From positions 1 to 64,000 of IMG/VR virus record IMGVR_UViG_3300031466_000058: a DNA stretch of 64,000 nucleotides; one strand, 5' to 3'. The notes under the pieces are model-generated. The model was not told the DNA's origin and did no database searches. It saw nothing but the letters and a program-made list of their open reading frames with translations. Shown here in pieces: positions 38,460 to 48,641 of this stretch. The stretch's first letter is position 1. Every line of letters begins with the position of its first letter. Made by a program: the position numbers and the translations under genes. The stretch comes from a virus (taxonomy: Duplodnaviria > Caudoviricetes).

Positions 38460-39009
38460 TAGATATTTATATGGACTAGACATTAGTCTTAAAAATACAG
38501 GCATAACAATATACGACCTAGACAGTAAAGAGTTTGTATTTATCGACAGTTTTAGTACACAAAAAATATATGCCACAAAAGAAAATAAAGGCTTGCATCT
38601 CAATGCGGTAAAATTAAAGAAAATATCCGATTGGATTGAGGGTATAATAGAAGAATACCCTCCTTACATAGTTGCAATAGAGAGAATGTTTAGTAGATTC
38701 CAAAATGAAACACAAACTATCGCCAAAGCTACAGGAGTTATACAAAAGGCATTATGGAATGTACCACAATATTTATACTCACCAAAATCTGTTAAAGCTA
38801 CTATAATTCATGGAAATGCTTCAAAAGAAATGGTCTCTATTGCAATAAAAACAAAATATAATGATATAACTTTTAAAAATGATGACGAATCTGATTCATT
38901 CGCTGTAGCACTATGTTTCTTAGTTGATAAAGGTCTGATAGAATGGGAGAAACCTAAATTATCTGAAATAAAGAAAATAAAAGATAGTAGCGATAAAAAT
39001 AAAAAATAA
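38452..39009 (+). CDS. RuvC-like Holliday junction resolvase
   Basis: GLDISLKNTG, VAIE, SPKSVK, GNASKE, DDESDS. Confidence 0.88.
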   Translation: MGNRYLYGLDISLKNTGITIYDLDSKEFVFIDSFSTQKIYATKENKGLHLNAVKLKKISDWIEGIIEEYPPYIVAIERMFSRFQNETQTIAKATGVIQKALWNVPQYLYSPKSVKATIIHGNASKEMVSIAIKTKYNDITFKNDDESDSFAVALCFLVDKGLIEWEKPKLSEIKKIKDSSDKNKK

Positions 39010-39133
39010 TTATTATATAGATGGAAATGTTGCATATATTGAAATTATCAGTAAGAGTAAAAGATATATTTGCATTTGTAATTGATTTCACAATTGAGAC
39101 AAAAAGTAGACATAAAGTATACATATGTAAAAC

Positions 39134-39162
39134 AAAAATCCCCTCAATAGAGGGGATTTTTT
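39134..39162. terminator. Bidirectional terminator between the convergent arms
   Basis: AAAAATCCCCTC-aata-GAGGGGATTTTT. Confidence 0.9.
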
Positions 39163-39664
39163 ATAGTCTCGATTTAGCTTCTTTAACAATAATAAATGAC
39201 ATATCTAATTTATCATAATCTTCGATTACTCCATTGATTGCCAATAGCGTAGATACTACACCTACTTCTTTAACCATTTCTTTAATTATTGAAGCAGAAT
39301 CTACGCTAACATCTATATTGAAGTTGTCTTTGATGTATTTAATTAATCTTTCGATTTCTCCGTCAATATTTAACTCTTCACTATTATTATCTGCATTAAT
39401 TTCTTCTGTATTGTTTGACTCGTCTGTATTGTTTGGCTCGTTTGAACCAAAGATACGTTCTTTTAATCCACTGTTGTAATAATAGAAAGATGTTGAACCG
39501 ACTGTAGTGTTATGAGTTTCAGCAAACTCTCTAAATAATTCGCTTAGAGATTTAGTGATTTGACCATTTTGATTCATATGGCTTCTAATAAAATCTTCTA
39601 ATTGATCTCCAAGCTTATCCCATTTTTTAGGTTTTACATAATCTGTTTTAGCTGTTGTTAACAT
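39161..39664 (-). CDS. Putative DNA-binding regulator (weak RsfA-like N-terminus)
   Basis: Own promoter TTGACA-N17-TATACT (39737-39709); W...F.EFAE...T..S..F.YYN. Confidence 0.55.
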   Translation of the reverse strand: MLTTAKTDYVKPKKWDKLGDQLEDFIRSHMNQNGQITKSLSELFREFAETHNTTVGSTSFYYYNSGLKERIFGSNEPNNTDESNNTEEINADNNSEELNIDGEIERLIKYIKDNFNIDVSVDSASIIKEMVKEVGVVSTLLAINGVIEDYDKLDMSFIIVKEAKSRL

Positions 39665-39750
39665 TAAACCTCATCTCCTTAAATGTTTTCGTTTTACTTA
39701 CAAGAATTAGTATATATAATATTCTATGTTTTGTCAATGAATTTTCTAAA

Positions 39751-39792
39751 AAATAAAAAATCCCCTCTATAAAGATGATTATAGAAGGGATT
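39751..39792 (-). terminator. Terminator after holin
   Basis: AATCCCTTCTATAA...TTATAGAGGGGATT followed by a T run on the minus strand. Confidence 0.75.
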
Positions 39793-39822
39793 AATAACTT
39801 GATAAAACCACTCTTTTATCAA

Positions 39823-40161
39823 TTATTTATTATTTAATTCTTTTTTGATTGCGTCATTCATTTCTTTGACAGCACTTTCAATGAGTGTATTAATCTCTTG
39901 CTCGGAGATTTTGATTTTCTTCTCATTCATTAATTTCACTAATTCAACCTTAGCTACTTTTAATTTTTCATCTCCATTAAGATGTTTATATGTTTGTTCA
40001 ACAGCATTAACCACAATGCGAACTAATTCTTTATTAGATTCTAATTTAGCAATCAAACCTTTTTCTTTAAGGTATGCTGTAACTTTTTGAGCCACCCAAC
40101 CTATAAGTGCTGTAATAATAACAATAACCAAGTTAATTAATTCTGCTTGAATTGCTTCCAT
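39823..40161 (-). CDS. Holin, LL-H family
   Basis: One N-terminal TM segment; VNAVEQ, GDEKL, LIESAVKEM. Confidence 0.85.
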   Translation of the reverse strand: MEAIQAELINLVIVIITALIGWVAQKVTAYLKEKGLIAKLESNKELVRIVVNAVEQTYKHLNGDEKLKVAKVELVKLMNEKKIKISEQEINTLIESAVKEMNDAIKKELNNK

Positions 40162-40195
40162 TTAAAATTCACTCCTTATTTTCTTCCCACACCCA

Positions 40196-40224
40196 TTGAC
40201 AAATATCAACAGGCGTGGTATAAT
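40196..40224 (+). promoter_or_regulatory. sigma-A promoter antisense to the lysis genes
   Basis: TTGACA-aatatcaacaggcgtgg-TATAAT on the + strand; no + strand gene downstream. Confidence 0.7.
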
Positions 40225-40237
40225 TTTTATATAATTA

Positions 40238-40573
40238 TTATTTATCTCCCTTTTTAAACTGTTCTAACTTAATATTTAATTCTTGAATTTTTTGTTGAAG
40301 TTGTTTGTTTTCAATAGTAAGATTGATGTTGACAGCCTGTAATTGTCTTATCTCTTCTCTTAAACTATCAATCTCATCTCTTTGCTCCAACAATATTTGA
40401 CGAAGCTCCGCAATAAGTTGATATTGGTCTTTAGAAAGTTGCATTCTATCGCTGATTGCTAATTCTTTCCTATTGTTACTCTTTGTAATTAGGAGAGTAA
40501 CAAACGACCCGATAAGAGCAGAGATAGCAGTCATCCAAGCTGAATCAGCAAATAAAGACAACAACCATTCCAT
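40238..40573 (-). CDS. Membrane-anchored coiled-coil lysis-module protein
   Basis: N-terminal TM plus long coiled coil; lies between endolysin and holin. Confidence 0.7.
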   Translation of the reverse strand: MEWLLSLFADSAWMTAISALIGSFVTLLITKSNNRKELAISDRMQLSKDQYQLIAELRQILLEQRDEIDSLREEIRQLQAVNINLTIENKQLQQKIQELNIKLEQFKKGDK

Positions 40574-40641
40574 CTCTATTCCTCCTACTTTGTGTCGAAT
40601 TTAGCAACCCCCTTTTTACCAATAACCATTTAACCTAGATG

Positions 40642-42714
40642 TTACTTCTTTTTAACGCCAAACAATTTAGCGAGCTTATCAATCAAATAATCGATAACTC
40701 TAGTCCAAAACTTAAATTGTTTTTCTTCTTCTAAATCTTGTTCATCCTTATTATCTTCTTTAGGAAGGTCATCGGAAGGGTTATTCTCTTTTTCTTCTTT
40801 TGGCTCTTCCACAGGTGGAGAGTATTCAAATTTATTTAATTGGTCATAGATAGACATAATATGTTGACCATAATTATCATTCATTGCCCACTTCATATTC
40901 AGGTCTTCCCAGTGTGGTGCTACTCCACGAGTTACATATTGGAATCTAGGGTCAACTAATTCTTCTCCTTTTGGTAAATCATTTTTTGTTGCATATGCAA
41001 ATAAATGTTGAATTTGAGCTGTTACACCTGCTTCAATAGTAGGAAATGAATGACCTTTAACACCCTTGCTTGTAACACCTAATCCACAATAGTTATATTG
41101 GTCTGGCGTTACAGCAGTTCCACCATCAAATTTAAACCAACCTGTTTCAATAATGGATTGACAGAATGCTATATCACCACGAATATTATATTTATTTCCG
41201 ATTTCAATAAAAGCTTTTGCAATTTTATCGATATCTTTTGCATTAGGATTTTTAGATTTTACAAATGCAGACATTTTTTCTGCACTAACAACTGATTTAC
41301 CTGTGATATTATTATGACCCTTATGTTCATCCTCTTTTGGTTTAGATTGTTCTTTTGGTTGCTCCTCCTTTTTCTCATCTTGCTTTTTTGGGGCATCACC
41401 CTTAATTATTAATTTTTGACCTACATAGATAGTATCATTCTTTAAACCATTTTTCTTTTTAATATCATCAACTGTTATCCCATATTTTTGTGAAATTGAC
41501 CACAATGTATCGCCTTTAGCTACTGTATGGACTACTGTTTCCTTTTTAATTTTTGGTACATATACGATATTACCATTGTCATCAAAAACTTTATATCCTT
41601 CATGAGCTAAACTATCTGCCATAGCCTTAGCGTTTTCTAAATCTTTATATGCACCAACTTGTGTTTGTGGTTTTGACCATTCTAATCTTACTCTATAATA
41701 TTGATTTTCTTTTAAAACTTTAGGCTCATACACAACTTTCCCATTCCAATCAAATACTTTATATCCTTCTTTTGCATGTAAATCAGCCAAGTCCTTCGCA
41801 CCATTTAAGTCCTTAAATGCACCAATCTGTGATTTTGAGTCAGACCATGATTTGCGAACTCTATACCACTTATTATCGTCTTCTTTTGTTTTTTGTGGAT
41901 TTGGGTCATATACAACTTTACCATTCCAGTCAAATACTTTATAACCTTGTGATTTTAAGCTATTTGCTAATTTTTTAGCATTATTTAAATCTTTGTATGC
42001 ACCTTTTTGTGATTTAGCATCTCCCCAAGTTTTGCGAATACGATATAGTTTGTCAGTAGAAGAGCCATTACTGCTATTGTTAGCTTTACTACCACTTGAA
42101 GAAGTACCGCCTACCCCATCTTTAAATTTAACCCCATAGGCTTCACAAATGCCTTGTGCAATTTCTTTCGCACATTCTTTACGGAAAGCATCAGATAATA
42201 ACAACTTAGCTTCTTCTAAATTGTCCATGAAAGCACATTCAACTAAGACAGCAGGCATTTTTGTATTTCTAATAACATATAAATGATTTCCTTCTTTGAC
42301 ACCTCTATCTCTTAGAGGCGTTCCTTTCATTAGCCATTTATGTATAATTTTTCCAATTCTTTCTGATTCTTTACTACCTTTATAAACATATGTTTCTGTA
42401 CCACCATGAGTACCCCATTTTTTACTAGTTAATGCATTAGCGTGAACTGATACATATAAGTCTGCTTTCGCATCATTTGCTCTTTTAACTCTAGTTGCTA
42501 ATGGAGTATCTTCATCTGTAGGTGCTACTAATATAGTTTTAAATCCACTAGCTTTTAAGTGTAAGTTTAAATATTTTACTACGGCACGGTTGAACAGATT
42601 TTCATTCATATAGTTCCTACCCAATTCACTTTTCATTCCATTAGGTAAAATAGGAGTTCTTTTACCTGCTGTATTAATACCATGACCATCATCTAAAGCA
42701 ATTAATTTTGCCAT
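40642..42714 (-). CDS. Modular endolysin: Amidase_3, three binding repeats, LysM, glucosaminidase
   Basis: LDDGHG, E, SVHANA, LVECAFMD; 3x YRxRxxW...SQxGAxKDL...GYKVFD; HTVAKGDTLWSI; QSIIETG, YNYCGLG; RBS AAGGAGG. Confidence 0.92.
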   Translation of the reverse strand: MAKLIALDDGHGINTAGKRTPILPNGMKSELGRNYMNENLFNRAVVKYLNLHLKASGFKTILVAPTDEDTPLATRVKRANDAKADLYVSVHANALTSKKWGTHGGTETYVYKGSKESERIGKIIHKWLMKGTPLRDRGVKEGNHLYVIRNTKMPAVLVECAFMDNLEEAKLLLSDAFRKECAKEIAQGICEAYGVKFKDGVGGTSSSGSKANNSSNGSSTDKLYRIRKTWGDAKSQKGAYKDLNNAKKLANSLKSQGYKVFDWNGKVVYDPNPQKTKEDDNKWYRVRKSWSDSKSQIGAFKDLNGAKDLADLHAKEGYKVFDWNGKVVYEPKVLKENQYYRVRLEWSKPQTQVGAYKDLENAKAMADSLAHEGYKVFDDNGNIVYVPKIKKETVVHTVAKGDTLWSISQKYGITVDDIKKKNGLKNDTIYVGQKLIIKGDAPKKQDEKKEEQPKEQSKPKEDEHKGHNNITGKSVVSAEKMSAFVKSKNPNAKDIDKIAKAFIEIGNKYNIRGDIAFCQSIIETGWFKFDGGTAVTPDQYNYCGLGVTSKGVKGHSFPTIEAGVTAQIQHLFAYATKNDLPKGEELVDPRFQYVTRGVAPHWEDLNMKWAMNDNYGQHIMSIYDQLNKFEYSPPVEEPKEEKENNPSDDLPKEDNKDEQDLEEEKQFKFWTRVIDYLIDKLAKLFGVKKK

Positions 42715-42737
42715 TGAAAAATTCCTCCTTGATATTT

Positions 42738-43346
42738 TTAGTATTGATTTTCTATAGAATCTATTGATACAGAATCCCATGTGATGGCTTCTACTTCTTC
42801 TATTGTTTGAGCAGATTCCACCATTGGCATCAATACATCTCTATATTTACTTATATTTGCATTCTTATGATTCAACATAACTAATGCCAATTCATCTAAT
42901 ATTTCTTTTGTTATAGGTATTCTCATATATTGACCATCTTTTTTAACAGTCCACATAACTTCCTCTACTATCCCTTGTGCAAACAGGCGTTCTACACCTT
43001 GAAAGTTTAGTTGAGCTTCTGTATCATATGAGAAATGATAAGTGACACCATTTATTTCGTATTCGAATCCGTTATATATAGATTGTTGACACGCTTTGCT
43101 AAGCTCTTCGGCTTTGGATTTTTTATAATCCTCTAATATATCTATTGGGTCGCCACCATCAATCCAATCATTTAACTCAAAACTCCAAATAGGATTATGG
43201 ATAACCCTATCTCCCCAACCTTTAAAACAGTTAGAAGGTATATCTTTATCTCCATCTCTAAAAGTATATACCTCAATTATTCTTCCGTTTTCATCTACTT
43301 GGTAATAATCATGCTTCATATCATCAGTTTTATAGTGCGGATTCAT
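42738..43346 (-). CDS. DUF4376-like tail fibre assembly protein
   Basis: ACQQSIYNGF, YHFSYD..AQLN, ends AQTIEEVEAITW. Confidence 0.75.
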   Translation of the reverse strand: MNPHYKTDDMKHDYYQVDENGRIIEVYTFRDGDKDIPSNCFKGWGDRVIHNPIWSFELNDWIDGGDPIDILEDYKKSKAEELSKACQQSIYNGFEYEINGVTYHFSYDTEAQLNFQGVERLFAQGIVEEVMWTVKKDGQYMRIPITKEILDELALVMLNHKNANISKYRDVLMPMVESAQTIEEVEAITWDSVSIDSIENQY

Positions 43347-43381
43347 AAAGTCAAAATCTCCTTTCTAGTTCATATTTCATT

Positions 43382-45679
43382 TTAATAAAATGCTCTAAAT
43401 GACATATTTAAGGATAACCATGCTTGCGGTGAACTTCCCCCATTTCGCAGTACAACAAGTCCTGAGCTAGTAATGTCTACCCTAGCAAATGCTCCCCCAC
43501 TTACTGCACCTGCTGTTGGTTGTAAGAATATTAATGTGCCTAGAGGTCTATAACCAACAGGAAGCTGAAACAACGTTGTATCATTGTTAGTCTTGCCATT
43601 CCTTATTAAACCGCCTACATGAACAATACCATTTTTATCCTTCCAATATCTACATCTATAAAATCCTTTATCATCGCTAGAATAATTCTCCCAACCATTT
43701 TGAAGAGAGGCTAGCGTAGTATTTTCTTGAATAAATTTGCCATCGCCTAGCAAATCTATATCAATATAGGAAGAACCATAATCCTCTGTTCTACCGTATA
43801 TTTTCCATCTCTTAGCATTGGCATCAAAATAGGATTGTATACGACCTTTACCATAGTCATCACTATAAGAGTTTAAGTCAAAGTATCCACCTCTCACATA
43901 TAAACCTCCACCAACCTCTAATCCACGAGTGGTTGTTTGGTCTAATATTTTCGGAAGTGTATTCACCGATACCGACTTATTTTTAACATCTATGTAAAAA
44001 ATAGGTTGACCAACAGGAACAGCTATATTTACCAATGTTGAACCTAATTTATCAACAACTTCAACCTGTATATCCCATTCATGAAGAATATCTAATGTCA
44101 AGTCTTTGCTGGTTGCTTCATAATTAGGGAATCCTGTTACAGAAAATGAATACCAAGCACTAAATACGCTATCAGTAGATTTCTTATATCTATATCTAGA
44201 ACTTACTAAACTATTTTTATTGCTATCTCCTATCTTTACAGGAGATAGACTACCGCTAAGACTTAGCTTAGTATTTTCTTCAAAACCATTATTTCTTGAA
44301 GCTCTTGTATTTACTATTGGTGGCTTATACGGTACAATCTTTACTGTCTTGGAAACGCTTGTGCTAAACCCCCTGCTATCAATAGCTCTGACAGTTAATG
44401 TTACATCATTTTCTGCATCAATCGCTCCCATATCTATATACCCTGTTGACGTTATACTTCTAGTTACACCGTTGATAGATATTTCATATTTAGTAATAGA
44501 CGATTGATTTCGTGGAGTAGCACCATTGTTTATATATGCTCTCAAATTAGATTTACCCTGTATAATGTATTGGTCGTTGCCTGTAAGATTTACTGTTGTA
44601 GAATTTATATCTTTATAAGATATATTACTTGCAGAAAATGTTGGCTCACTATTTCTAACATGAAATTGCAGTAGTGCATTCCATGTTGGTCTAACTTGCA
44701 CCCCATCGTAGTATGTTGTAACATATATTTTACCATCTCTAACTCTACTGTTTGGCATTTGTGAATATAGAGATTGTTGCTCGCTAGCACTAGGTGTCCA
44801 TGAGAAACTAGTTTTAACATTGCTGATAGTTTTAGTAAATGAACCTAGCTCAATTCTTATAGTATGTGTAAACTCTGAATTTTTACTAACCAACGAACCT
44901 GTGATTGTTTGGTCTACATAAACATAATGGTCGAAACTATTACTCAATACTGTTGCGCTAGGATTAATAATTGTTCCTGTATATGTTTTAGAGCCTATAT
45001 ATGTACCGCCACTTCCATATGTTCTGATTACTATTCGAGATTCTGCACTAGACCTTTGACCTAAAGCTTGAAAAATCAACTTCTTCTGTGCTGTTGAGAA
45101 TGATGTTGATAATGATGTTTGTGATGTGCTGAAATACACACTCTTTATATCTATCCAATTTCCGCTAACATTCTTAACAGATATGTCGGCATAATGATAA
45201 AATGATGTTGATGCCCTAGATATACTTATTGTTCTATCACTACCTGCTATAATATTTGCAGGCGTGGTCATACTTGATGCTCTAGGTATTGTATTTAGCG
45301 TAAATGTTCTCTGTGGCATTTCTATTCTTCCATAGTAAGTACCACCTAATGTTACCTCTGCATCAAATAATCCATCTAAGTAAAATGATGCTGTACCGTC
45401 ACTATTATGGTTTATTATTTCTGTTCTTTGCATTATCAGCTTCTTCTGATTTCCACTTAAACTGGCTGATGCTGTACCATATACCCATCCACCATTGATA
45501 TTTAATCCTACTGTTTTTGTGGCACTCGAACGGACAGCACCATAATTATCTCTTGCTATCCAATATAATCTAGCAGTAACATTCGAATAGTTTCCACTAA
45601 TACTTTGAGATGCTGACCACTCTAGTTGTAGTCTCCAATGACTTCCTACATCAACGTAATAACTTCCACTTAACGCCAT
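43382..45679 (-). CDS. DUF859-like minor tail or receptor-binding protein
   Basis: MALSG, QSISGNYS, LNTIPRAS, C-terminal LPVGYRP fibre tip. Confidence 0.8.
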   Translation of the reverse strand: MALSGSYYVDVGSHWRLQLEWSASQSISGNYSNVTARLYWIARDNYGAVRSSATKTVGLNINGGWVYGTASASLSGNQKKLIMQRTEIINHNSDGTASFYLDGLFDAEVTLGGTYYGRIEMPQRTFTLNTIPRASSMTTPANIIAGSDRTISISRASTSFYHYADISVKNVSGNWIDIKSVYFSTSQTSLSTSFSTAQKKLIFQALGQRSSAESRIVIRTYGSGGTYIGSKTYTGTIINPSATVLSNSFDHYVYVDQTITGSLVSKNSEFTHTIRIELGSFTKTISNVKTSFSWTPSASEQQSLYSQMPNSRVRDGKIYVTTYYDGVQVRPTWNALLQFHVRNSEPTFSASNISYKDINSTTVNLTGNDQYIIQGKSNLRAYINNGATPRNQSSITKYEISINGVTRSITSTGYIDMGAIDAENDVTLTVRAIDSRGFSTSVSKTVKIVPYKPPIVNTRASRNNGFEENTKLSLSGSLSPVKIGDSNKNSLVSSRYRYKKSTDSVFSAWYSFSVTGFPNYEATSKDLTLDILHEWDIQVEVVDKLGSTLVNIAVPVGQPIFYIDVKNKSVSVNTLPKILDQTTTRGLEVGGGLYVRGGYFDLNSYSDDYGKGRIQSYFDANAKRWKIYGRTEDYGSSYIDIDLLGDGKFIQENTTLASLQNGWENYSSDDKGFYRCRYWKDKNGIVHVGGLIRNGKTNNDTTLFQLPVGYRPLGTLIFLQPTAGAVSGGAFARVDITSSGLVVLRNGGSSPQAWLSLNMSFRAFY

Positions 45680-45727
45680 ATATAATATTCACTCCTTTTT
45701 CTCTATCTATTGTTGTGCATTCTATTT

Positions 45728-48523
45728 TTAGTCAACAGGAACGAATGCCCAACCGTTATAATTTTCTGACTGGATTTTTATTACTTTTATTCCACCCATT
45801 GTTATTTCGTCTTCTGCTCTAAATTTCTTAGTAACTGTTTCTTCACCGTTTAGGTAGAATACCTTCTCGAATCCACCGTTACCTGTTGTATCGTAATATC
45901 CTGCAAACTCATCTGGTGTTATTTGTGTATAGCCTATTTCTCTCCTGTCTTTATCTAATTGAGAAACACGAATACCATTTATATCCATTCTTATATTCGT
46001 ATTATATACTTCACCTGTAGCTAAAGACCATTGTAGTGGTACGTCTCCAATGTTGAGCATTAGACCTGTTATAACTGCCTCTGTTCTAGATTCCCCTACA
46101 ATACGTATATGAATAGTATCAGAGTATGGAATATACACTCCATTCCCATGCTCATACCCTGTTGTCACTTCGTCTGACGGAAACTGTTTCATAACTGTCA
46201 CAGTATCGTCTTCAATTATCTCTATTCTCACCTCTCCATCATATAGGGAGGATGAGTATTTATTTACATACCACGATAATGTATACGGTTGCCCTGTGGC
46301 AACAGGTATTTCCTGAATTAACCCTTTTATTCTACCGTCTCCCGTAAAGTGAAACCCACTACCAAAACCCAAAGTATCCAACTCCGTATTTCTTATAGTT
46401 AGTGGGTTCACATTTAAATTATCTTCTGGTGCAGGTGTCCAGTCGGTGGCACGATTGCCGAGTTCTAACTTGATGTCAGTGATATAGATATCAAAAGGAG
46501 ACTGATCATTTCCAATCATAAAATTAAATAGGTCTATACTACTCCCAGTAGTAGTGAAAGTGTATGAATATTTTTTTGGCGAATTTGTCAGGGTAAAGGT
46601 TTGCCAATTCTGAGTGACAATTGTATTGCCAAGTCTTTGGTGGAATCCAACCGTCATTACCGAATTATTTTGTGAATACGCAATAAAAGAAACCGTATAT
46701 GGTGTAGAAGGTTTAATACTAAGAACTAATTGGCTAATTCCTCGCCATCTATTAGAATCGTTTTGCGATAAATGCACCCATTTTTTTCCGTTCAAATCAA
46801 CAACTTCTCTTGTAGCAGTCCCCCAATTAAACCAATTATTCAATCCATTTCTAAAATCAGTATTTCTTAATAAATTCCGTCCACCAATCTCAAAGGGATA
46901 AATAGTATTCCAAAAATCTACATCTGCAAATCCGATAGAGTTTTTAAGTAAATTCATCCCACCTGTTGCAGAAAACTTGGCTGTAATATTTCTTGATGTT
47001 TCCTCTAATTCTAACTTTGTAGCATAAGGAGAAAAATCTATACCTTGTATGGCATCATCTATTTTCCCATCGACTTCTCCTGAGAGTTCATCTAACTCAT
47101 CTTTTGTCGCAAAACCGCCTAAAGATTCTACATCTGCTTTAGAGTCTAAGATATTTTGAAATGTTGTTGACTCTGTTATTGTTGTTACAATTTTGTCAGC
47201 AGTTATTTCTTGTTCAACATTGTTAATTCTAGTAGACAAAATATCAATACTATCTTCTATATCTTCTGGGGCTGGTGTCCAGTCGGCAGGAGCTTTATTC
47301 CCCCTAACAATCATTAAACCATTTATCCATACATCTCCATTATTTGTTGTGGCATGAAACTCCATAGATTTTGTTCCGTTTGCCACAGTAAAAGTATTCT
47401 CGAAATATTTCCATTCATTTGTTACTGTAACTGTATGATTATGTGTGCTTGTACGGGTATTACCTGTTTCTGTTGTAAATCCAATTCTTTGTGTCCATAA
47501 AGTGTCACTAGATAGCGAATCTGTTTTTGCCCAAAATGATACTGTTACAACTTCTCCCGCGCTAATTAAAAATCTTTCACTAAATGACGCCCAAGATGTG
47601 TCAACATAAAAACTTGTCGGACTTATGCGAGTAACTTCGGACGTTTCTCTGTTTTTTGCTGTTATATTCGGTCTAAATAAATTCCTTCCGCTAATCTCAA
47701 GATTATTAATAGCATTATCAATATCCTGTGGCGTAGCCTTATTATTAATAACATTAATTTGTTGAACCCATGCTTCACTCCTAGTTACAGTGTTAACAAT
47801 AGCGGTATCAGTAACCTTACTTTCAACAGTAGTTACTCTACCTGTTAGACTGTCTAGGTCACGACCTATTACATCTACATCATTTTTTAGTTCGTCATTG
47901 TTTTCTTTAATTTTTTGTGCTGTTAACTCTGCTAAGGCATCGACAGCCAAATAATACTGTAGCCACATATCTCTAAATGTAGATTTAGTAACAGATATTA
48001 CAACATCTGCGTTAGCATTTCTAGTATCCCAAGGAACAATAGGTGTTAAACTTTCAAGATATGATTTTAAATTATTGTATTTAGTAGCTACATTTACATA
48101 TGTAGTGTTACTTGTAGGTATACCTACATTTCTAGCAGATTTACGAACCGACCAAAAACTACCTTTGCCACTATTATCCAAAGTTGATACACTAGGCAAT
48201 GATGTTACTGTATCTGCAATTACATATCCAATAATTTCAGTTAATTTATCTTTAACAACTTGTCGCTCTTGGAAGTTGATTAAGTTATCGTTAGCCATAT
48301 TTCCTAGTGTCTCATTAATTTCTTCAATTACAACGCTAAGGTTTGGGTCTAACTCACCCAAGTCAATCCACGCTTCACCATTCCATTTTTTAAGCATTGG
48401 TGGGTCTTGACTTTCATCTATCCATAAAGTGCCGACAGTTGGATTTGATGGAGGAATGCCTGCTATGATAGCGTCATTTAAATCCATCAATGATATTTGT
48501 CCAACTCCTACAACATTAGACAT
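45728..48523 (-). CDS. Tail fibre protein with carbohydrate-binding modules
   Basis: PPSNPTVGTLWID; GRNL...DWTPAPED modules twice. Confidence 0.8.
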   Translation of the reverse strand: MSNVVGVGQISLMDLNDAIIAGIPPSNPTVGTLWIDESQDPPMLKKWNGEAWIDLGELDPNLSVVIEEINETLGNMANDNLINFQERQVVKDKLTEIIGYVIADTVTSLPSVSTLDNSGKGSFWSVRKSARNVGIPTSNTTYVNVATKYNNLKSYLESLTPIVPWDTRNANADVVISVTKSTFRDMWLQYYLAVDALAELTAQKIKENNDELKNDVDVIGRDLDSLTGRVTTVESKVTDTAIVNTVTRSEAWVQQINVINNKATPQDIDNAINNLEISGRNLFRPNITAKNRETSEVTRISPTSFYVDTSWASFSERFLISAGEVVTVSFWAKTDSLSSDTLWTQRIGFTTETGNTRTSTHNHTVTVTNEWKYFENTFTVANGTKSMEFHATTNNGDVWINGLMIVRGNKAPADWTPAPEDIEDSIDILSTRINNVEQEITADKIVTTITESTTFQNILDSKADVESLGGFATKDELDELSGEVDGKIDDAIQGIDFSPYATKLELEETSRNITAKFSATGGMNLLKNSIGFADVDFWNTIYPFEIGGRNLLRNTDFRNGLNNWFNWGTATREVVDLNGKKWVHLSQNDSNRWRGISQLVLSIKPSTPYTVSFIAYSQNNSVMTVGFHQRLGNTIVTQNWQTFTLTNSPKKYSYTFTTTGSSIDLFNFMIGNDQSPFDIYITDIKLELGNRATDWTPAPEDNLNVNPLTIRNTELDTLGFGSGFHFTGDGRIKGLIQEIPVATGQPYTLSWYVNKYSSSLYDGEVRIEIIEDDTVTVMKQFPSDEVTTGYEHGNGVYIPYSDTIHIRIVGESRTEAVITGLMLNIGDVPLQWSLATGEVYNTNIRMDINGIRVSQLDKDRREIGYTQITPDEFAGYYDTTGNGGFEKVFYLNGEETVTKKFRAEDEITMGGIKVIKIQSENYNGWAFVPVD

Positions 48524-48597
48524 AATCCAATTCACTCCTTTAATCTCAAAAAGGAAAAAACTTTTATTACAAAGATCTTTTATACCTTTCTATATTT

Positions 48598-48626
48598 ATT
48601 ATATCATTATTTATTACATTTGTCAA
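48598..48626 (-). promoter_or_regulatory. sigma-A promoter inside the tail cluster
   Basis: TTGACA-N17-TATAAT with TAATGA on the minus strand. Confidence 0.8.
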
Positions 48627-48641
48627 ATCTTATATCGTATT

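Noticed and set aside
43382-48523. Diversity-generating retroelement or invertible fibre system
   Set aside because: No reverse transcriptase, template/variable repeat pair or invertase was seen in the window.
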